Of a stretch of DNA of 32,000 bases, positions 26,170-32,000 are shown piece after piece. The notes under the pieces were generated by a model. The model was not told where the DNA came from and did not search any database. It was given only the letters and a program-made list of their open reading frames with translations. Origin of the DNA: Erysipelotrichaceae bacterium OH741_COT-311 (GTDB lineage Bacteria; Bacillota_I; Bacilli_A; Erysipelotrichales; Erysipelotrichaceae); assembly GCA_003858585.1 (NCBI GenBank), contig RQZE01000005.1, forward strand, positions 30,001 to 62,000. The letters run 5' to 3'. Positions within the stretch are counted from its first letter, which is position 1. The number at the start of each line of letters is the position of its first letter. Both the position numbers and the translations under genes were made by a program.

Positions 26170-26680
26170 ATATTTTATTTTTTGATTTAAATTCTTCCCA
26201 GCTTTTTGAGAATTCGTGATCCATGAAAGCAGACTTTAAACCACTTATCTGTTTCAAACGAATCAACTCTTCTGCGTCCATGCCAAGTTGCTTTGCAATT
26301 TGTTCATCTGTCCAACCGCTATTTATTAAATCGACAACGATGTCAGACATATTTCTTATTTGATGCGTTCCTCTTGCACGATTGTGTCTGATGGTGCTGG
26401 CCATGCGATTTTCTAATGGCTTATCAATAATCGTTGCAGGTATTGCATCGATATTGAGTTTCTTTCCTACTGTGAATCGATGAAAACCATCAACAATAAT
26501 GTACTTATCTTTATTAGAGTCATAATATACAACAATAGGCATTGTATACCCATCTTCTTTTATTGACAATTCAAGAAGTTTCATTTCAGGAGTCGCTACT
26601 TTGTTTGGATTATAATCATTCGCTTCGATTTTATCCATGGGGATCATTTTTAAATTCATTACAGGGAATTGTATTTTCAT
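26168..26680 (-). CDS. ParB/Srx-fold N-terminal domain protein, IbrB-like
   Basis: 170 aa with KIEANDYNPN and VDGFHR motifs of the ParB N-terminal (Srx-like) domain and a C-terminal HTH-like segment (TDEQIAKQLGM). There is a 4-nt ATGA overlap with the GNAT gene. Confidence 0.75.
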   Translation of the reverse strand: MKIQFPVMNLKMIPMDKIEANDYNPNKVATPEMKLLELSIKEDGYTMPIVVYYDSNKDKYIIVDGFHRFTVGKKLNIDAIPATIIDKPLENRMASTIRHNRARGTHQIRNMSDIVVDLINSGWTDEQIAKQLGMDAEELIRLKQISGLKSAFMDHEFSKSWEEFKSKNKI

Positions 26681-27084
26681 AATAATTCTGCCCTCATTTT
26701 CTTATATTTCACATATTCATATATTGTTTGAAATCCATACTTTTCAAACAACTTAGAATATTGCATTGTAGCTACAACGTTAATTGCATCTACCTTATTT
26801 TCCTTAGCAAAATCAATTTGCTTTTTTAATAATTTAGCACCTAGTCCGTTTCCTCTTTCACTTCCGACAACATATAAATAACCGATATAAAAACCGTCTT
26901 TTCTTGAATAATTAGAACAGAAACCTATTACTTTGTTGTCTTTATATGCAACGAACCAAACTTGGCTTGAATCAGTAATAATAGGCTCACCAAGTTCTTT
27001 TATAACAGACTTGTTGGTGATAAGCTCACCTAAGTCTTTATAAAAGTTCTTATCATCATTCTGCATTTTCACTATTTTCGCCAT
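26677..27084 (-). CDS. GNAT-family N-acetyltransferase
   Basis: 135 aa with acetyl-CoA motif A (YVVGSERGNGLGAKLL). AGAGG SD lies 8 nt upstream, and the start overlaps the upstream gene by 29 nt. Confidence 0.8.
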   Translation of the reverse strand: MAKIVKMQNDDKNFYKDLGELITNKSVIKELGEPIITDSSQVWFVAYKDNKVIGFCSNYSRKDGFYIGYLYVVGSERGNGLGAKLLKKQIDFAKENKVDAINVVATMQYSKLFEKYGFQTIYEYVKYKKMRAELL

Positions 27085-28339
27085 ATAATTTACCTCTCGC
27101 TTTCGTTACTTTCTCATCTATATCGACTAAATCCATTATCTTGTTATATTTTTCTTGGATTTGTCTTAAGTACTCATATCCTTTTTTAGTTTCTGCAAAG
27201 TACAAGCTCTTAAACCAAAAGTCATTTTTTTCGATGGCTTTAGCAATTAGTCTCCAGGAACAATAATCAGCATTGCCTTTAGTTCCTTCAATATCATCGT
27301 CAGTGACTGGATTTCCTTTTTTGACATTATGCCAATACAGTGTTCTTTCTATCTTCTCTGAATAATGTTTCATGATTTCAGGCGAATATAGACCAATTGA
27401 TTCTAATAAGAACATGCTATATTCTTCCCAAGTCATATGTTTTGGTTTGCAAGTACCAAGATGACCTAATAACTTAGTTCTACAATATAACGACCCCATA
27501 TTCGCACCTGAGACACGATTCAATAATTTTTCCCATGTTTCAGGTTCAATCGCTTTAAATTGGTCTAGTCCTTGTCTTTGATCTAATCCAAACGGCTGAC
27601 AAAGTCTTTGCTCATGAATCGATAATCCGTTTTTATACATCAATTCATAAACTTCATTGAACATTAGATCATACTTTGCTACTGCACCCCATACATCTTC
27701 TGTACGCCAATCATAAAGAGGATAGAAGTTATATACATTATCACAGATTTTAGTAGTCCAGTTTAAATTGTTGTATGTTTCTTTTTTAGATTGAGCAATC
27801 GTTCTGAATCGATTTAAGCTTTCATCAGAACGAATGCCAACACCAACTGCAACTGTTCCTCCGTGATGTTCCTGGTACCATTTTGAAAATAGTTTGGTGA
27901 AGTCGAAATCTTCCATTCCATCAAAATAGAAATCGAAAGGACAATTGTCTCTATTAATAATTTCTGCTCCTGTTGGCATTTCACGAACCCATAATTCTTT
28001 TTTGGTATGGTCCCATGTAATCCATTCAGGATCAAACATTGATACTCCGTTGTCCTCGTTCCACTCCAAGCAGCAATGATAGAATTTTCTAATCATGCTT
28101 AGTTGTTTAAGTTCTTCTATATGTTGCATAGTTAAGCTGTATTGTGCTTCAAAATCCATAAAAAGAACATCGTACTTTTTGTTTTTCTTTTTTGCTACTA
28201 TATTTGCTAATTGCACCATGACAGATGAATCTTTCCCGCCACTTACAGAAAAGTATACATTGTCAAAATTATCAAAAACATATTCCATTCTTTCAAAGAA
28301 TGCATCTAATACATTTTTTTCTAAGTATATCTTTCCCAT
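27056..28339 (-). CDS. PAPS-reductase-family PP-loop ATP pyrophosphatase, IbrA-like (N-terminal PAPS_reduct domain plus a C-terminal extension resembling DUF3440)
   Basis: 427 aa with the SVSGGKDS PP-loop near the N-terminus. The size and the adjacent ParB-like partner match the IbrA/IbrB architecture. The DUF3440 assignment is from memory of the family, not from a search. Confidence 0.7.
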   Translation of the reverse strand: MGKIYLEKNVLDAFFERMEYVFDNFDNVYFSVSGGKDSSVMVQLANIVAKKKNKKYDVLFMDFEAQYSLTMQHIEELKQLSMIRKFYHCCLEWNEDNGVSMFDPEWITWDHTKKELWVREMPTGAEIINRDNCPFDFYFDGMEDFDFTKLFSKWYQEHHGGTVAVGVGIRSDESLNRFRTIAQSKKETYNNLNWTTKICDNVYNFYPLYDWRTEDVWGAVAKYDLMFNEVYELMYKNGLSIHEQRLCQPFGLDQRQGLDQFKAIEPETWEKLLNRVSGANMGSLYCRTKLLGHLGTCKPKHMTWEEYSMFLLESIGLYSPEIMKHYSEKIERTLYWHNVKKGNPVTDDDIEGTKGNADYCSWRLIAKAIEKNDFWFKSLYFAETKKGYEYLRQIQEKYNKIMDLVDIDEKVTKARGKLYGENSENAE

Positions 28340-29658
28340 AACGCTTGAAGTTCCTTTCTAGTGTCAATTGTTTTGTTATTTTTAATCGCATTGATTTCTT
28401 TAGTTAATTCTATTATGAAATTGACTTTTTTATCAATGCTTTTATTTATTATAGATTCAATCCCTGCTTCAGTGCAAATTTGAATATATTTGCACTCCTT
28501 ATCTTGACCTATTCTATGTATTCTATCTTCTGATTGAATGCGTTTAGAATAATCAAAAGTTAAATTCATGTAGATGATGATATTTGATTCTTGAAGATTC
28601 AATGAAAACGCCCCCGTTCCATAAGTGATTAATAGAACCCCATTCGCTGATGCTTTCCAATTTCTTAAATTTATACTTCTATCGTGTAAACTGTATCGTC
28701 CACTATACTCAAACGTTTCAATTCCATTGGCTTTTATCATTTTTTTAGCTTTATTTAATGAATCAATAAATTTAAAGTAAATTATCTTTCTTCCTTTTAA
28801 ATTTTCGATTACATCTAACATTTCAAAATATTTATTATCGCTTAGATCACATATATGTTGCAATACGGTGTACATAGAGAAGATTACACCTTCCTGGACA
28901 TAATCGCAATCAATTATTCTGTCTAAATAGAAACTTTTAAATTTATAGTAATCATCTTTAGACAACAAATCCATGTAAGTATATAGAGTGTGTTGTTCTT
29001 TTGGAGGTAACGTCAAGCATTCATACTTTTTAACTTGATAGGTGTAATGAATTATTTTTGATGTTAAATAGTCTAAATTATGACTCTTTTTAACATATAA
29101 ACCGCCTTTATCAAGTTCTAAATGTTTTTTAACAAACTGATTATATGATGGATAGCCTAGAATTCTAGGATCTAAGAAGTTAAATTGTGCATATAAATCT
29201 CCTGCGTGTTTAGGGGTCGGTGTTCCTGTCATGATAAATTTATATTTTACTTTCTTAGAAATAGCTAACATTCTATCTGTTCTTTTGCTTTTTATGTTTT
29301 TTATGAAGTGGGACTCATCAAGGACAAGCATTGTTTTTTCATCAATACTGTTAAACATCTTAAGATATTTTGCATCGCTACTTTGAATTGTTTCGTATGC
29401 GTATAATTCAAAATTAGGAATAATCTTGAAATGTTTTTTGAATTCCATATAGATGTTTTCTTTTGTTGTAAAAGGGCAAATAAATACAAGTTTATTTACT
29501 TTGTTTTTTCTGTATTTATAATCAAATACCTCGAATATAGTTCTTGTTTTACCTGTTCCCATATCCATGAACAAAGCTCCCACTTTTAAATCTTTTAGTT
29601 TAAGAAAAGCTACTTCTTGATGTTGAAGTAGCTTTGTATGAAAGTTATTATTCATCAT
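28321..29658 (-). CDS. Minimal SNF2-family (superfamily 2) ATPase/translocase
   Basis: 445 aa with motif I DMGTGKTRT, motif II LDESHFIKN and motif VI QSEDRIHRIGQ. No accessory domains are recognisable. Confidence 0.8.
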   Translation of the reverse strand: MMNNNFHTKLLQHQEVAFLKLKDLKVGALFMDMGTGKTRTIFEVFDYKYRKNKVNKLVFICPFTTKENIYMEFKKHFKIIPNFELYAYETIQSSDAKYLKMFNSIDEKTMLVLDESHFIKNIKSKRTDRMLAISKKVKYKFIMTGTPTPKHAGDLYAQFNFLDPRILGYPSYNQFVKKHLELDKGGLYVKKSHNLDYLTSKIIHYTYQVKKYECLTLPPKEQHTLYTYMDLLSKDDYYKFKSFYLDRIIDCDYVQEGVIFSMYTVLQHICDLSDNKYFEMLDVIENLKGRKIIYFKFIDSLNKAKKMIKANGIETFEYSGRYSLHDRSINLRNWKASANGVLLITYGTGAFSLNLQESNIIIYMNLTFDYSKRIQSEDRIHRIGQDKECKYIQICTEAGIESIINKSIDKKVNFIIELTKEINAIKNNKTIDTRKELQALWERYT

Positions 29659-30040
29659 CGACTAAATCATCAATGATTGCTATTTCTTTAGCTTGGATTT
29701 TTTCAGGAACACGAGACTTAGGTTTTTCGTAATATTTTCCGACTTCTAACGATGGATTGTAAAATTCATCTTTTATTTCTTCAGGACCAATTATTTTTTC
29801 ATCAATCACTTGATTTTTATTGTATTTTCCTTTTCCGTATTTTTTAAGTTTAAATTCAAATTCATCAGTGAATGAAAAGGATTTTCTATATCCTTTATTT
29901 CCTTCGTCTCTAACCAATCTGGCTGGATGCCAAAAACAATATCCGGCATAGTCACCTTTTGATGGCATCTTAATCAATACCGCTTTAGCTGTTTCAGCTT
30001 CGATGTTTTGTGCGTTGAAATATACTTTTTCCCAGTTCAT
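29648..30040 (-). CDS. Hypothetical Lys-rich protein with an acidic C-terminal tail; first gene of the operon
   Basis: 130-aa ORF with a strong AAGGAG SD 7 nt before the ATG. The tail is IIDDLVDDE. It overlaps the SNF2 gene by 11 nt. No family was recognised. Confidence 0.6.
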   Translation of the reverse strand: MNWEKVYFNAQNIEAETAKAVLIKMPSKGDYAGYCFWHPARLVRDEGNKGYRKSFSFTDEFEFKLKKYGKGKYNKNQVIDEKIIGPEEIKDEFYNPSLEVGKYYEKPKSRVPEKIQAKEIAIIDDLVDDE

Positions 30041-30075
30041 ATTTTTTCTCCTTTTTTTAAATTAAAATATTTAAC

Positions 30076-30124
30076 TTATAAATATTTACATTTATATTAT
30101 AAATATTTTAATTTATTTTGTAAA
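30076..30124 (-). promoter_or_regulatory. Promoter of the 5-gene operon (TTTACA-17 bp-TATAAT, minus strand) overlapped by two phased operator-like repeats
   Basis: -35 at 30124-30119 and -10 at 30101-30096. TTATAAATATTT occurs at 30076-30087 and 30097-30108, 21 bp apart. The first copy contains the 10-bp palindrome TAAATATTTA (30079-30088). Confidence 0.45.
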
Positions 30125-30166
30125 TAGTTTTTATAAACTTTTTAATTTATCTTAGAAATTAAAAAG

Positions 30167-30195
30167 TTGTTTTTTTAAATTTTTAAATTTATAAT
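30167..30195 (+). promoter_or_regulatory. Promoter of the XRE gene (TTGTTT-17 bp-TATAAT)
   Basis: -35 at 30167-30172 and -10 at 30190-30195. GAGG SD at 30216-30219 lies 5 nt before the ATG at 30225. Confidence 0.45.
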
Positions 30196-30224
30196 TAATT
30201 TGAAAAGATAAAAGTGAGGTTAAT

Positions 30225-30437
30225 ATGAAAACTGAGAAGCAAATAAGCACCATATTAGGTTATTTAGGATTAAGCAAAGCCGAATTAGCAAGGCGATTAG
30301 GAATGTCAGCGCAAAATTTTGCTCAAAAAATAAAAAGAGATAACTTCACTAAAGATGAATTAGAACATATAGCTGAAGTATTAAATGTTAAATATCACGC
30401 TTATTTTGAGCTGACAGATGGAACTATCATAAAATAA
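30225..30437 (+). CDS. XRE/Cro-type HTH transcriptional regulator
   Basis: 70 aa with HTH LSKAELARRLGMSAQNFAQKIKR. It is divergent from the 5-gene operon. Confidence 0.8.
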   Translation: MKTEKQISTILGYLGLSKAELARRLGMSAQNFAQKIKRDNFTKDELEHIAEVLNVKYHAYFELTDGTIIK

Positions 30438-30443
30438 AAAAAG

Positions 30444-30480
30444 ACCTACCCACTACATAAAATAGTGAGTAGGTTATTTT
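30444..30480. terminator. Bidirectional terminator separating the lysis cassette from the XRE gene
   Basis: 12-bp stem ACCTACCCACTA / TAGTGAGTAGGT (one mismatch) with a 7-nt loop, an A-run upstream and a T-run downstream. Confidence 0.75.
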
Positions 30481-30811
30481 ATTTATCTAAAGCTTTGATT
30501 TTTGTATCAATAGCTTTGTCTAGTTGTTCCTGAGCATACGCCTGCATTGCGTTGAACGTGTTTTGAACTAACTGTTCAATCACTTTCTTAGTAAAGATAA
30601 ATTTTAGAAAAGATGGCACTAAATTATAGATTTTATCGACTACCATGTTAAATTTCTCAGTTCCAGCTTTCGCATAGTCTTTGTAGTATTGCTCTGCTGC
30701 TAAAATCCATCTAACAACCAAAGTCTTTAGATTTGATTTAGTCTTGAAGTAGCTAACTAAAAATCCGAATAATACTGTAATAATTGCGATAATAACTTGA
30801 TTAATGTTCAT
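30479..30811 (-). CDS. Phage holin, LL-H-like family
   Basis: 110 aa with a single N-terminal TM helix (VIIAIITVLFGFLVSYF), then an AAEQ...G.EK segment as in LL-H-type holins. It lies next to the endolysin. Confidence 0.55.
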   Translation of the reverse strand: MNINQVIIAIITVLFGFLVSYFKTKSNLKTLVVRWILAAEQYYKDYAKAGTEKFNMVVDKIYNLVPSFLKFIFTKKVIEQLVQNTFNAMQAYAQEQLDKAIDTKIKALDK

Positions 30812-31148
30812 TGTGTTTTCCTCCTCGATTATTTAAAACATCGATTACTTTTTCTACTTGTTCTAATCGATGTTGGTTTAATGTAACTATCTTTGATAGT
30901 TCGTCTAACTCTTTTCCGTGAGTTGTTGCTCTGTTTCCTATGCGATCAATTTCTGCTTTATAAAACTTCAATGTAGTGTTGATCTCGGCAATAGTTGTAT
31001 TTAACTTGCTAACACTATCATTAAAAGTCTTAGTTATAACCGCAAACTCATTGGCTTGCTTTTTTGCGTCATCCCGGATTTTTAAATACAAGCCAAAGAT
31101 ACCAGCTAATAAGGCAACAACTGCCGATACAATTCCGATTGTTTCCAT
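30801..31148 (-). CDS. Membrane-anchored coiled-coil protein (lysis-cassette accessory, function unknown)
   Basis: 115 aa with an N-terminal TM (IGIVSAVVALLAGIFGLYL) and a heptad-rich remainder. It lies between the endolysin and the holin. Confidence 0.5.
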   Translation of the reverse strand: METIGIVSAVVALLAGIFGLYLKIRDDAKKQANEFAVITKTFNDSVSKLNTTIAEINTTLKFYKAEIDRIGNRATTHGKELDELSKIVTLNQHRLEQVEKVIDVLNNRGGKHNEH

Positions 31149-31154
31149 GCTCTC

Positions 31155-31784
31155 TTAATTCACCTTTTCTATTAGTAACCAACTGCCATCCCATCCTAAT
31201 TCTTTTACAATATCATCATGAATCTGTTTAGCTTCAGCTTCTGTTTTTTGATAAAGCGGATTGACTAAGCGCCAGTTATACTTCTTTTCTTCTTCTTTTT
31301 CCGTGTCTTGGCATAATGAAAGGAACTTATTCCAAGTTCCTTCAGCTCTGATACGATGTGGACAATCTTTGCCACTCCAACTGTTATGTTGAACAACATT
31401 TTCAATTGGTATATCAAACTTTTCCATTAACATTTTGACTACTTCAACTGCGTTATGAAATGATTTTTCGTGCTTATTAGTTGAATAATCCGTTGAATAA
31501 CAAATCTCAATACCTATTGATTGTCTATTCCCTTTTCCTTTGCCACCATCACCGCAGTGCCAGGCATTGCGATTAAGCGGAATTGCTTCGATTGCTTCTT
31601 TATCGTCTACGAAAATATGACATGAAGTAGGATTATTATTTCTCTTCATATACGTTACTTCATTACGTGCCGAAGCTTTATTGTAAGTATTATGAATAGT
31701 TATGTATTTAGGTGCCATATCATTGGGGCACTTAAGATACCATTTTTCTCTATTAATATGATCAATTATATAAGGTAATTTCAT
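31155..31784 (-). CDS. N-acetylmuramoyl-L-alanine amidase (Amidase_2/PGRP-type phage endolysin)
   Basis: ITIHNT, AWHCGDG, QSIGIEIC and HNSWSGKDCPHRIR motifs. A short C-terminal domain of about 45 aa has unknown binding specificity. Confidence 0.85.
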   Translation of the reverse strand: MKLPYIIDHINREKWYLKCPNDMAPKYITIHNTYNKASARNEVTYMKRNNNPTSCHIFVDDKEAIEAIPLNRNAWHCGDGGKGKGNRQSIGIEICYSTDYSTNKHEKSFHNAVEVVKMLMEKFDIPIENVVQHNSWSGKDCPHRIRAEGTWNKFLSLCQDTEKEEEKKYNWRLVNPLYQKTEAEAKQIHDDIVKELGWDGSWLLIEKVN

Positions 31785-31798
31785 TTTCTTTCCCCTTC

Positions 31799-32000
31799 CT
31801 AATCCTTCACTTCTTCAAACCACATTTCCTTTAGCTTTACCCAAGGACCGTAGCTATTGTTTGAAGCATTATATCTAAATAAAGTAAATCTTGAATTATG
31901 CGAAAATAAAGTCAAATCTATAAAAAACTCAATTCTTGCATTTGTAACTATCTTCTTTACGAATTCTATGTTTCCGGGAACAACCCTAAAATTAGTATTA
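31799..32000 (-). CDS. C-terminal 66 codons of a phage protein (likely a late/structural gene); the start lies beyond the window
   Basis: I translated this open frame by hand: ..NTNFRVVPGNIEFVKKIVTNARIEFFIDLTLFSHNSRFTLFRYNASNNSYGPWVKLKEMWFEEVKD, with TAG at 31801-31799, 14 nt before the endolysin ATG. It is not in the supplied track because no start lies in the window. Confidence 0.5.
   Translation of the reverse strand, partial: NTNFRVVPGNIEFVKKIVTNARIEFFIDLTLFSHNSRFTLFRYNASNNSYGPWVKLKEMWFEEVKD

Larger units (their letters stand above)
26059..32000. mobile_element. Terminal part of a prophage or prophage remnant inserted next to tRNA-Leu; it extends beyond the window end
   Basis: The region contains an amidase endolysin, an LL-H-type holin, a structural-gene C-terminus, an XRE regulator and a unidirectional compact gene layout, and it starts directly after a tRNA. 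No integrase or second att repeat is visible in the window. Confidence 0.7.

Noticed and set aside
26168-26680. ParB-like gene considered as a plasmid or prophage partition protein
   Set aside because: No ParA/ParM ATPase gene and no parS-like repeat array are nearby. The protein is short (170 aa), with only the N-terminal ParB/Srx domain plus a small HTH-like region, as in IbrB/DndB-type proteins.
26677-27084. GNAT gene considered as a GNAT-type toxin (TacT/AtaT-like) of a toxin-antitoxin pair
   Set aside because: No adjacent RHH/DUF1778-type antitoxin gene is present. The GNAT gene is translationally coupled between the PAPS-reductase-like and ParB-like genes, so it is more likely an enzymatic subunit of that operon. 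This cannot be excluded without experiments.
28321-30040. SNF2 gene and the upstream 130-aa gene considered as the start of an ordinary phage replication module
   Set aside because: This is kept only as an alternative. The operon ends after three more genes at a terminator and the tRNA, with no primase, replisome organiser, recombinase or SSB. It does not look like a complete replication module.
30041-30224. AT-rich repeats considered as a CRISPR-like or iteron array
   Set aside because: Only two 12-mer copies occur, with no spacer-repeat periodicity. The layout fits promoter and operator elements, and chance repetition in DNA of roughly 85-90 percent AT remains possible.

Overview
This is a low-GC Gram-positive (Bacillota-type) chromosomal window with no rRNA, CRISPR array or transposase. 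Positions 1-25.8 kb carry ordinary and accessory chromosomal genes. These include a Ca2+/Na+ antiporter, an FprA-type flavodiiron protein, an AEC transporter, a minus-strand run of HAD hydrolase, PepV-like dipeptidase, exonuclease III and aminopeptidase P, and an apparently CsoR-regulated copA-csoR copper operon. The copA gene has a C-terminal CopZ-like domain. The segment also carries murI, a single 707-aa CcdA-thioredoxin-MsrA-MsrB fusion, and a lipoprotein/SPFH/zinc-ribbon/TPM operon resembling B. subtilis ydjGHI. It ends with VanZ, YqeY, chorismate mutase, an ArAE exporter, an ATP-grasp enzyme and a surface-adhesin/class B sortase pair. A tRNA-Leu(UAG) lies at 25904-25986, and the end of a prophage follows directly (about 26.06-32.0 kb, all reading leftwards). 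The prophage part shows a structural-gene tail, then an amidase endolysin, a membrane coiled-coil protein and an LL-H-type holin, then a bidirectional terminator. Beyond that terminator lies a separately promoted, XRE-flanked, translationally coupled 5-gene operon: a small acidic-tailed protein, a minimal SNF2 ATPase, an IbrA-like PAPS-reductase/PP-loop enzyme, a GNAT and an IbrB-like ParB/Srx protein. This operon is the best candidate for an uncharacterised DNA-modification or anti-phage system. All functional calls come from motifs read in the translations; no database search was possible.
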